Of a stretch of 64,000 nucleotides of DNA, positions 38,182-46,686 are shown piece after piece (the first letter of the stretch is position 1; each line of letters opens with the position of its first letter). A model generated the notes under the pieces. It did not search any database, was not told the DNA's origin, and was given only the letters and a program-made list of their open reading frames with translations. Source of the DNA: Armatimonadota bacterium. Lineage in GTDB: Bacteria; Armatimonadota; UBA5829; DTLH01. Where the stretch lies: positions 957-64,956 of the forward strand of contig JBDKUN010000031.1 in assembly GCA_039679675.1 (NCBI GenBank), in the 5' to 3' direction. A program made the position numbers and the translations under genes.

Positions 38182-41100
38182 TCAAGGTTTTTCGAGTGTT
38201 ATCGCCGTGATCCTCACTTTGTCGTTCTTAGGCAGAACAATGGACGCGAGCGGTTTCGCCGGGTCTACCTGAATCGTATAATGGAACAGGTAGCACTTCA
38301 CTCCGGGCTCGTCTCCCGCTTTGGAATGCCTGTGAAGCGTCACCAGCCCTATTTCTTCACCGTGCATGGGCTCGCCCGTCCACGAACTCATAACGACTTT
38401 TGCAGGTTCGACGGATGATTGGTATCCGAGTCCGAAATCCGCTTCCTGGTCAGGTTCTATAGCTGCGCCGAGGATGTGGATTTTTGTGTATTTTGCCTTG
38501 GGCACAGCTACGGACTGTCCCGCGCAGGCTATGAAGTTCTTATCGCCTGCAGCCTTGGGACCGTAGACGAAGCTGATGTGTCTTGGCGACTCCAGCCCCG
38601 CAGGATCGGATTTCCAGCCGTAACAGCAGGGGTAAATATCGTTCGGCTTGCCCATACTCGTATCCGGCGGAATCATCTCGGCGGGGAATGAATGTCCGCT
38701 GCCGTCGAACCCACCGCTTTCTCTGTTTCGGTCAGGGCTCGCCCCGGCGACGTCGAACAGCTTCGACAGGTCGGCGAACTGCAGCTTGCCGTTTTTTACG
38801 GTCACTTCCGTCGTAAGAATGTCGTTGCCGCGGCTGATCTCGGAGGTCGAAGCCCACTTGCCGTTTATAAAAAAGTCCCATACAAGGATATAACGGCCAT
38901 CATACGGAGGCGCAGTCAGCTTTGCATTGATGATTGCAGGCATACCAGGCACAATCTGTCCGTTGACCGGAGTCTTCTCACCGTCCCATACGGCTTCCAC
39001 CCCATCGAGATAATACCAGTGGCAGCCGATGCTGTAAGTCTCTTTTGTCCATGTGTCCGTTCCGTCATTTTTCACTACGACCTTGCAAGTGATCGTCTTC
39101 CCCGCTTCGATCCCATCGGACACATCGCAGGCAATGACCTTTGCGCCGTAATCGTTCTCGAAAACGTCTATAATCCTCTCGTTGGAAGCAGTGCTCTCTT
39201 CCGTTATGGATTTCGAGCCATCGAATATATCGAATTTGAGGAGATAAGACCATGGGTCCGTCTGTTTCCAGACCGGGAGCGGCTGTCCGGCCGTATCCTT
39301 CAGGTTGACGTTGACCGTGACCTCAGCAGTTTCACCCGGCGGCACATCCTTTTCCAGACCGGCGTTCACCGGCGCTATACCGACTTCTTCGCGCGCGCCG
39401 TTCGACACCTTGAAGAGCCTGCAGCCGAGTGTCCACCCTGCTTTCCATGTGGAAGCGCCGTCGTTTCTTACTACTACCTTGAATGGGTAACCGGCTCCGG
39501 TTTTCATCATGACCGGCCCGTCGATGCTTAAAAATCTTGCCTGGACATCGCTGTTCTTGCCTACCCTGACCGGCACGACGAACCCGTCGTCTCCGAGCGC
39601 GGAGAACCATTTGTCATCGGCCAGTCGCACCATCTCGAACCGGACATCGTAGTCGCCTTCCGGCAGGTTTTGCCCGTCTTTGGTAACGGCGGCGATCCCG
39701 ATGGTGATATTGGCCGAATGCCCAGGGAAAACATCACTCTGAACAGGCCGCCTGATGCCGCTCTCTGCGACCAGCGCGCCGTTTTGATACCAGCGGTATC
39801 CGAGGGCGTAACCCTCTGCGGCTTTCCAGGGTTTCGTGCCGTCGTTCTGCACAGTAATATCCGTTTGGTAAAACGCGCCGGTGGTTATGACCGCAGGAAG
39901 GTTGTTATGCATATACTTTGCGTCATATTCTCTTGCGCCGCGGAACTTCAGAGTCTGGATGGCCGTCGTATCGACATACGTAAACCCGTATTGCCTGGTC
40001 CCGCAGATTCCGGTCCCTTCCGAAAGGTTGTTCCAGCCATCGAGCACTACCCAGTTAGGCCGCTTATTGAGCGCTTCAGTCCATTCTGTCTTGTAGAGGT
40101 CGCCTGCGTTCCGGGCATTTATATGGGCCTCACGAACAGCTATGGCGCAGTCATCATAACCCGGACCGATGGTGGATACCCTGATCCTGGCCGTATCGTC
40201 ATAGCCTGAGCCGAGCCCCGCACCGTAGTTGCAGTAGGCATCGAACGATGTCTGTTTATCTTTGAAGTCCTGTGCGCCCATCCATAAAATGTGGGCGCCG
40301 AAATCTTTGACAAATTGTTCGTTTGCGTAGGAGATGAAGCTTGCGTCGAATCCGGAGATCGGCTTGCAGGAATACAGATAAACGATGCAGCATGGGCGGT
40401 CTTTGCGTTCATCCGACATCTGCACCTGCGCACGGAACTCCTCCGGCACCCGCATGAAGAAATCATGGATCATACCATAGAAAGTCCGTTTGACATCTTC
40501 AGTGCCTTTGGGCTGAGAGCTGTCTTTATAGGCTAGTGCCATGGAAGATGTATCGAAGAACATCCCGACGAGAGGGTAGGGCTTTTTCTCGGACTTCAAC
40601 TCCCTCAGCGCCTCTGCTATGGAGTCCAGTCCCTTGGCTGCGTAGGCTGCGCGGCTTGCGGCATCGCCCCGGTAGACAGGCATCACGATGTCCACGCCAG
40701 CGCGTTTCATGTCTGAAAACTCGGTTTTATGCAACTGCACCCTGTCGTATGAGAACCACGGACCCGCCCCGTTGGCGGGGCTGTCGCTTAGCTCAAGCAC
40801 TCCGCCTGCTGCCCTGACGAACTTGCAGGGAGCGGCTTTTCTGGGGTTGTCCTGATACCAATAGAAGTAGTGAGTGAGCACCATTTTCTGGAGCTGGTGC
40901 TGCGGCAGTTTCTGCTTTTCGATAGGCAGCGGCAGTTCGAAAGATGTGTTGTTGTTCCACTCTTTTTGCCTTACCTGGCCGTCGATAAGAGGCATTCTGG
41001 CGATGTACTTGGCTGATACTATCTTATCGAGCGATGTGGTCGCTACCGCGAACCCGGCTCCGGTGAAGACGATGTTCGCCCATTTCGATGCGTCGTGGAT

Positions 41101-41652
41101 ATCTTCCTCTGTTTTGACCGCTGGAGAAAGGCTGACAAACTTGTTCGTCTCTCCGCGCATCCGCACAACTACATTGAAGCTCATCATGGTGCCGGGAGTC
41201 GGGGCTTTGACACCGAGTTCGTGCCATGGCAGGGCCAGCTCGACCGTGTAGCCTATGTCCAGGTCGTTCGAGTTGCTTATGGAGCCATCTGCGACGGAGG
41301 CATATTTGAATGAAAGTATCTTCTTGATCCGCCAGCCGCCGTTGCCGTCCGATTCAGTGAAAGCAGCCCCGCCTGCGGAGCTGACGGCCATGTGATACGT
41401 AGACTTTGACCTGCCGGGTGCATGATTGTTGTCCGTCTCAAGGAAGATCTCGACTGAATCGTCTTCCCATGGGTTGGAAAACGGTGAGATGTTTGTCCCG
41501 GTTATGTCAGGATCGTCCACGGTAAAAGCGGCGTAAAAATAGTTCTCGTCCCAGGTAGTATAGCCGGTCATCTTTCCCTGAGCCAACACTATGGCGGGAA
41601 CCAACCCAAATAGAATTGTTAAAAGTAGAGTAAGCTTGCGCAGTTTAGTCAC
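38182..41652 (-). CDS. Large secreted multidomain protein with N-terminal CBM9-like region, central glycoside-hydrolase-like core and at least 3 Ig-like 'N-D-G...W' repeats
   Basis: 1156 aa with signal peptide 'MTKLRKLTLLLTILFGLVPAIVLAQG'. Repeated 'TVQNDGTKPWKAAEGYALGYRW', 'VVVRNDGASTWKAGWTLGCRLF' and 'VVVKNDGTDTWTKETYSIGCHWY' modules. The enzymatic assignment is tentative. Confidence 0.6.
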   Translation of the reverse strand: MTKLRKLTLLLTILFGLVPAIVLAQGKMTGYTTWDENYFYAAFTVDDPDITGTNISPFSNPWEDDSVEIFLETDNNHAPGRSKSTYHMAVSSAGGAAFTESDGNGGWRIKKILSFKYASVADGSISNSNDLDIGYTVELALPWHELGVKAPTPGTMMSFNVVVRMRGETNKFVSLSPAVKTEEDIHDASKWANIVFTGAGFAVATTSLDKIVSAKYIARMPLIDGQVRQKEWNNNTSFELPLPIEKQKLPQHQLQKMVLTHYFYWYQDNPRKAAPCKFVRAAGGVLELSDSPANGAGPWFSYDRVQLHKTEFSDMKRAGVDIVMPVYRGDAASRAAYAAKGLDSIAEALRELKSEKKPYPLVGMFFDTSSMALAYKDSSQPKGTEDVKRTFYGMIHDFFMRVPEEFRAQVQMSDERKDRPCCIVYLYSCKPISGFDASFISYANEQFVKDFGAHILWMGAQDFKDKQTSFDAYCNYGAGLGSGYDDTARIRVSTIGPGYDDCAIAVREAHINARNAGDLYKTEWTEALNKRPNWVVLDGWNNLSEGTGICGTRQYGFTYVDTTAIQTLKFRGAREYDAKYMHNNLPAVITTGAFYQTDITVQNDGTKPWKAAEGYALGYRWYQNGALVAESGIRRPVQSDVFPGHSANITIGIAAVTKDGQNLPEGDYDVRFEMVRLADDKWFSALGDDGFVVPVRVGKNSDVQARFLSIDGPVMMKTGAGYPFKVVVRNDGASTWKAGWTLGCRLFKVSNGAREEVGIAPVNAGLEKDVPPGETAEVTVNVNLKDTAGQPLPVWKQTDPWSYLLKFDIFDGSKSITEESTASNERIIDVFENDYGAKVIACDVSDGIEAGKTITCKVVVKNDGTDTWTKETYSIGCHWYYLDGVEAVWDGEKTPVNGQIVPGMPAIINAKLTAPPYDGRYILVWDFFINGKWASTSEISRGNDILTTEVTVKNGKLQFADLSKLFDVAGASPDRNRESGGFDGSGHSFPAEMIPPDTSMGKPNDIYPCCYGWKSDPAGLESPRHISFVYGPKAAGDKNFIACAGQSVAVPKAKYTKIHILGAAIEPDQEADFGLGYQSSVEPAKVVMSSWTGEPMHGEEIGLVTLHRHSKAGDEPGVKCYLFHYTIQVDPAKPLASIVLPKNDKVRITAITLEKP

Positions 41653-41737
41653 CTCAATCAGTGGTTATAGCTTCCGGCGTTCAGCCATTGGCCCCAAACA
41701 CTTAGTCTTTCTCTACATAGACGCAGAAGGCCCGCGC

Positions 41738-42928
41738 CTATTCCCGCCTGGTTGCTTTAACACTTCCGCAAGTGCCGATCTTCTCCAGAAACCGGCTTAT
41801 GCGTTCCAGCGCGAGCTGGATACTGTCGGTGTCGGTTGCATATGAACATCGCACATAGCCTTCGCCGCACTCGCCGAATGCCGTTCCGGGGACTATTGCC
41901 ACCTTTTCCTCCATGAGGAGCCTTTCAGTAAACTTCTCTGAAGTGAGCCCGGTCCTCCGAATGGAAGGGAAAGCGTAGAACGCGCCGCCGGGAAGGACGC
42001 AGTCGAGCCCTATGGAGTTCAGCCCTGAAGTAATGAGCCGCCTGCGGCGGTTGTATTCTTCCACCATCTCATCACTTTCGCTGATGCCGTTTTTTATCGC
42101 CTCGATTGCAGCCATTTGCGCCATCATCGGAGCGCAGAGCATAGTGTACTGGTGGACTTTCATCATAGCCTCGATGACATCCGGCGTAGATACTGCGTAA
42201 CCGATCCTCCAGCCCGTCATTGCAAAGGCTTTAGAGAAACCGTTAAGGAGTATTGTCCGCTCATAGGCTCCGTCGAGCGAGGGCATAGCGGTATGGCAGC
42301 CGTCGTAGGTAAGGCGGTCGTAGATTTCATCCGAGATGATAAACAAGTCGTGCTTTCGGGCCACATCGACAATCGACTGCAGCTCATCGCGGCTTGCAGT
42401 TACGCCTGTAGGGTTCGATGGGTAGCTGAGAAGGATTGCTTTGGTCCGGGATGTCACCGCTTTTTCGATCTGCTCCGGTGTGACCTTGAAACCGGTCTCG
42501 ATGGCCGTAGGCAGCGGCACGGGAACGCCCCCCGCGAACATCACGCAGGGTTTGTAAGATACATAAGACGGCTCCGGGACAAGGACCTCATCTGCGGGGT
42601 TCAATATTGCCCTCATCGCAAGGTCCAGACCCTCGCTTACGCCGACCGTCACCAGAATCTGCTTCTCAGGGTTATACTCAACACCCCACCGCTTGCTGAG
42701 ATACCCCGAAATGAGCTTTCTCAGTTCAAACAGGCCATAATTCGATGTGTAATTGGTGTAACCCTTTTCAAGTGAGTAGATGCAGGCCTCGCGGATTCTC
42801 CATGGGGTCACGAAATCCGGCTCGCCGACGCCAAGCGACACAACATCCTGCATCTGGGCAACGATGTCAAAAAACCGCCGGATTCCCGATGGCGGAGTGG
42901 ACTTTACAAGGTGAGAAATTGGTTTCAT
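41738..42928 (-). CDS. Pyridoxal-phosphate-dependent aminotransferase, class I/II (aspartate/aromatic type)
   Basis: 'LLNGFSKAFAMTGWRIGYA' is the PLP-lysine motif. 396 aa. Confidence 0.75.
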   Translation of the reverse strand: MKPISHLVKSTPPSGIRRFFDIVAQMQDVVSLGVGEPDFVTPWRIREACIYSLEKGYTNYTSNYGLFELRKLISGYLSKRWGVEYNPEKQILVTVGVSEGLDLAMRAILNPADEVLVPEPSYVSYKPCVMFAGGVPVPLPTAIETGFKVTPEQIEKAVTSRTKAILLSYPSNPTGVTASRDELQSIVDVARKHDLFIISDEIYDRLTYDGCHTAMPSLDGAYERTILLNGFSKAFAMTGWRIGYAVSTPDVIEAMMKVHQYTMLCAPMMAQMAAIEAIKNGISESDEMVEEYNRRRRLITSGLNSIGLDCVLPGGAFYAFPSIRRTGLTSEKFTERLLMEEKVAIVPGTAFGECGEGYVRCSYATDTDSIQLALERISRFLEKIGTCGSVKATRRE

Positions 42929-43425
42929 TACGGCACTACCGGAAGTCTTTTGTCGTCTGACGGCTCCCCGAAAATCACGGAGTCTTCTTTATAGCATTTC
43001 AGGACAAAATGGGTGATGGTTGACTGAACGCGGTCTATGGTGCTCAGTTTCTCGGAGACAAAATGCGCCACATCGAGGATGGTCTTGCCTGTCACGATTA
43101 TACGGAGGTCGAGCTCGCCCGATACCAGATAGATCGAATGGACTTCAGGGAATCTGGCGATGCGTCCGGCCACATCATCGAACCCGACACCTCTAGACGG
43201 TGCGACTTTGACATCGATGTAGGCGTTGACGCACTCCAGTCCTGTCTTCTGCCAGTCGATTACGGTTTTGTATCGTCTGATTATCCCCTGTCCTTCAAGC
43301 GAGGCGACTGCTTTTTGCACTTCGTCTTCGCTCTTCCCGGTCATAGCGGCAATCTGAGAGAGCGTAGTGCGCGAATCTTTCTCCAGAATCTTAAGTATAT
43401 CTATTGTAAACTCATCAGGTTTCAT
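42928..43425 (-). CDS. Lrp/AsnC-family transcriptional regulator
   Basis: HTH 'TTLSQIAAMTGKSEDEVQKAV' plus a RAM domain. The start was moved to the ATG at 43425. Confidence 0.75.
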   Translation of the reverse strand: MKPDEFTIDILKILEKDSRTTLSQIAAMTGKSEDEVQKAVASLEGQGIIRRYKTVIDWQKTGLECVNAYIDVKVAPSRGVGFDDVAGRIARFPEVHSIYLVSGELDLRIIVTGKTILDVAHFVSEKLSTIDRVQSTITHFVLKCYKEDSVIFGEPSDDKRLPVVP

Positions 43426-43510
43426 TTGAAAAACTATAGCACCGAGGGAAAATGGTGTCAATCGCAGTAAATGGGGAACAGATGGCGGAAAACGGCAAAA
43501 AATCGGGCAT

Positions 43511-43546
43511 AAAAAAGCCCGCAGCACTTTTAGAATGCCGCGGGCT
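43511..43546 (-). terminator. Rho-independent terminator after PEP-CTERM gene
   Basis: Hairpin 'agcccgcggcatt..aatgctgcgggct' followed by T6 on the minus strand. Confidence 0.7.
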
Positions 43547-43565
43547 TGGTTTCAATAAATAAGAA

Positions 43566-44237
43566 CTACTTCTTTCGCCTAATGATTCCGCCTGCCAGAC
43601 CGATAAGTCCGGTCGCGAGTGCAAGAATGCTGCCCGGCTCAGGGACATTTGAAGCTGTCGGAGCCCATGAAACCTCTAGCTTGACTGCTTTACCGTTCGT
43701 AGCGGGCGCAAGATCAGTAGTAGCTGTCTGGTCATATTTTATATTAGTCAAATTGTTCCACTTCAGATCGTAAACGTAGGACGTACCCAAGTCGGTAGGG
43801 ATAACCTTTGACCAACCAACATGCTCACCTGTAGGATCATTAACAACCTTAACCTTAAGTGTATAAGGTGTGTTTCCGATTTTTGCAGGAATGGCGTAAC
43901 TGGCGCTGGGGAAACGCCAACCTAATGAAATCGGCTGTGAATAAGTACTGCCAGCCCATACCAGGACAGTCCAAGTCCTAGATTGTCCTTCGGTTAGGGC
44001 ATTTATCGAATCAACAGATAAAAAGCCCGTTGGTGATACGCTAGGATCATAAACAAAAACACCAGCTTTCGATCCTGAAACCAAGCTTGCAGACCCAGTC
44101 GATGCACCAGATTCGCCTATGCGGGTGTAGTTGGTGCCGTCAACGGTCATGTTGAACTTCCAGCTAGCCATTGCTGTGGAGGCAGTAAAAACAAGGATCA
44201 ATACTACCGCAATCAATGCTACTTTTGAGACTCTCAT
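43566..44237 (-). CDS. PEP-CTERM sorting-domain secreted protein
   Basis: Signal peptide and C-terminal 'VPEPGSILALATGLIGLAGGIIRRKK'. AAGGAG RBS. Confidence 0.75.
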   Translation of the reverse strand: MRVSKVALIAVVLILVFTASTAMASWKFNMTVDGTNYTRIGESGASTGSASLVSGSKAGVFVYDPSVSPTGFLSVDSINALTEGQSRTWTVLVWAGSTYSQPISLGWRFPSASYAIPAKIGNTPYTLKVKVVNDPTGEHVGWSKVIPTDLGTSYVYDLKWNNLTNIKYDQTATTDLAPATNGKAVKLEVSWAPTASNVPEPGSILALATGLIGLAGGIIRRKK

Positions 44238-44270
44238 ACTTTTTCTCCTTTACGTGTAGTGTTGTTTTTG

Positions 44271-44300
44271 GCAAGTCTTCTGCTTACGCTAGAGACCTGC
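44271..44300 (-). promoter_or_regulatory. Conserved 5'-leader hairpin (gcaggucu...agacuugc) upstream of PEP-CTERM gene
   Basis: 8-bp stem including one G-U pair. The same stem with a different loop is at 45449-45477. Confidence 0.45.
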
Positions 44301-44647
44301 TCTTCTCTTGTTGTGAGACCATAATAATGGGAAGTGAATCCCGCATTCCCATTTACTAGCTTATCTATTTTATTAATAGCTTACAATCTTAAAGTTGTCA
44401 ATAGACAATGCAATAATTTTTATTATTGAGTGGAAATTTGTTAAGCTTCATAAACATGATTCGCTAATGAACGTTAAAACGAGATTGAGTGATAATATAT
44501 CCGGTGCTTGCTAATGGCCGTTACTTACAGACAATATGTGATCTTGTAAACGCATTTGAAGACCTCCGATTGGTTGCTTTCCGATATATATCACTGCAAG
44601 AAATATGCCTTCATCGATGTTAATTGCTTCCTGCTATACAGGTTTTA

Positions 44648-44683
44648 TAAAAAAAGCCCGCAGCATTTTGAATGCTGCGGGCT
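44648..44683 (-). terminator. Rho-independent terminator after second PEP-CTERM gene
   Basis: Perfect 13-bp stem 'agcccgcagcatt-ttg-aatgctgcgggct' followed by T7 on the minus strand. Near-identical to 43511-43546. Confidence 0.75.
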
Positions 44684-44708
44684 TGGTCTCGATTAAGAAC
44701 TAAAAGAG

Positions 44709-45407
44709 TTAACTTCTTTTTCTGAAAATTCCGCCTGCCAGACCGATAAGCCCGGTTGCGAGTGCAAGCATGCTGCCCGGCTCAGGAACTGCAGAAGCTG
44801 TAGGAGCCATTGTGACTTGCATCTGGACTGACTTGCCATTCGCAAGGGGAGCAAGATCATACGCGGCTGATGTTTTGCCTTCCGGTATCACCTGAGTATA
44901 CTTTATCGCATTCAGGTTGCTGAATGTTGGTCCAGTAACAACGGTTGAAGTCAGACCGGAGAGATTCCACTCTGTCCCAGCAGTATAAGTGCCTGTCGGG
45001 TCTGTAAGGATTTTGATCTTAAGAGTGTAAGGCACGCTAGCAATGCTGGTGGGAACAGTGGTGCTGCTCTTCCAGGTTATTGTCGCTGTGCTTGATGCAT
45101 AGCTTTCACCAACCCAAGCATACGTGGTCCATGTTCTAATAGGATTCGCGGCAGTTATGGATGTAAGATTAGAGTAAGATACAAACCTTGTCTGCCCCGT
45201 AAACCAAGCATAACAACCAGCGGCTGTTGCAGAAACTGCGCTTGCATTCATGGTTGTCGCAGATGAATCCGTGCCCAGCTGGCAGCCGCTTGAAGCGCCG
45301 CCCGAGATGTTTGTGGTAAAACTCCACTTGGCTTCAGTAGCCATTGCGGTGACAGCAAGCGCCAGGACAAGCACTGCTGCGAGGAGTAATACTTTTGTGA
45401 CCTTCAT
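44709..45407 (-). CDS. PEP-CTERM sorting-domain secreted protein (paralog)
   Basis: 'VPEPGSMLALATGLIGLAGGIFRKRS'. Same RBS context 'aaggagaaaaa..gtATG'. Confidence 0.75.
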   Translation of the reverse strand: MKVTKVLLLAAVLVLALAVTAMATEAKWSFTTNISGGASSGCQLGTDSSATTMNASAVSATAAGCYAWFTGQTRFVSYSNLTSITAANPIRTWTTYAWVGESYASSTATITWKSSTTVPTSIASVPYTLKIKILTDPTGTYTAGTEWNLSGLTSTVVTGPTFSNLNAIKYTQVIPEGKTSAAYDLAPLANGKSVQMQVTMAPTASAVPEPGSMLALATGLIGLAGGIFRKRS

Positions 45408-45448
45408 ACTTATTTTTCTCCTTTACCCTAAAGTAGTGTGTGGTCTCG

Positions 45449-45477
45449 GCAAGTCTTCTTATGTAATAGAGACCTGC
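45449..45477 (-). promoter_or_regulatory. Conserved 5'-leader hairpin, second copy
   Basis: See 44271-44300. Confidence 0.45.
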
Positions 45478-45844
45478 TCTTCTTTTGGGATACGGCTTTT
45501 ATAGAAGATGAAATCTGCTGTTTTCTCCTATCCAACCGTTATTAACTACATACTCTAGTAATAGCCAACAACCTCATGTTTGTCAATAGGTAAATTTAAA
45601 TTAAATTTGATTGTAAAGATATGTTAACGAATATCACACAGGGGCAATGTAGAAAGGGGAAATATGACTGGCTCTAGACGGGGCATAAAAAAGAGAAAGG
45701 CCGGCTTGCATCAAGCAGGCCGACCTGTAACTCAATCTATCTTCACTTTAACCGGCTTTTCATCCGGTTTGGAGTGGTTTTTGCTATCTGGAATGTGCAA
45801 GTATGTAAAGGTTCGTGAAGGCTGCTGTGTAAAAGCAGTTGGCA

Positions 45845-46291
45845 CTATTCGTATTTTTCCTTTTTCTCACTGAGCCGCTTTTCCCAGCCCTTGACGGCTA
45901 ACAAAATCATTAATGGCAAGGAAAATGGAAGAATAGCTATTTCCAGCATATCCCAATCCAGCTTGCCGCTATGGCTGAAATCGGACAATGTACCCAAGAT
46001 CATGCAGACGGCACTGATAATCGCTATCCCAAGAAAGTAGTAGTAATATCTTCTGTGTGCAGCTAAGGCCCGCTCCTCGCAGTCAATATGCGATCTCAGG
46101 TTCCTACCTGGAAGTCTTAAAGATGAATCTGAAGGAAGAGATTTTTGATAGTCTTCTACAGGTTTACCGCACCACGTGCAAATCCGCCCATTTTCGAGCT
46201 TTTCCTTCCAATCCGGATTGATTTTAGCTTTGATTTGGTAGTAGATAAAAAGACCTGCCAATATAACGATAGCTAGTATAACTCCAGGCAT
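45845..46291 (-). CDS. Hypothetical membrane protein with CxxC pair
   Basis: 148 aa with two or three hydrophobic helices and 'RICTWCGKPV'. No family assigned. Confidence 0.35.
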   Translation of the reverse strand: MPGVILAIVILAGLFIYYQIKAKINPDWKEKLENGRICTWCGKPVEDYQKSLPSDSSLRLPGRNLRSHIDCEERALAAHRRYYYYFLGIAIISAVCMILGTLSDFSHSGKLDWDMLEIAILPFSLPLMILLAVKGWEKRLSEKKEKYE

Positions 46292-46343
46292 TGAAGGCTC
46301 CTGATCAATTGTTTTCTCTTTCGGATATACAGATATTATTTAC

Positions 46344-46412
46344 AAAAAAAGCCCGAAGCACTACCTCAAACTGCAAATCTGCACTTGCAGCCCGTGATAC
46401 TGCTGCGGGCTT
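46344..46412 (-). terminator. Putative compound terminator hairpin followed by T7 (minus strand)
   Basis: 'aaaaaaagcccgaagca...' shares its 5' arm with the two PEP-CTERM terminators. Confidence 0.4.
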
Positions 46413-46453
46413 AGCTGCAATATACTCTGTGGCTACTTGTATGTCAATAAAAA

Positions 46454-46643
46454 TGGGTAAGAGCTCAGAATAATATTATGCTGAACTATCACAACGTCAT
46501 TCCGAGCTTGACTCGGAATCCAGGAAGAAAATGGACCCTGAATCAAGTTCAGGGTGACGTGCTCCCATCCATGATGACGTGCTCCCATCCATGATGACGT
46601 GCTGGTTGTTCAGGGTGGTATATAATTTTCATTAAGAGTGAAA
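46454..46643 (+). repeat. Palindromic modular repeat element, copy D (flanked by 13-bp direct repeats 'atgtcaataaaaa')
   Basis: Aligns with 8561-8740. Contains hairpins 'attccgagcttgactcggaat' and 'accctgaatcaagttcagggt', plus an internal 20-bp tandem duplication 'gacgtgctcccatccatgat' present twice. Confidence 0.7.
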
Positions 46644-46650
46644 TGTCAAT

Positions 46651-46684
46651 AAAAAGGGTGGATTTCTAAGAAATCCACCCTTTT
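46651..46684. terminator. Bidirectional rho-independent terminator immediately after hydA
   Basis: 'aaaaa-gggtggattt-ctaag-aaatccaccc-tttt'. Confidence 0.75.
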
Positions 46685-46686
46685 AG

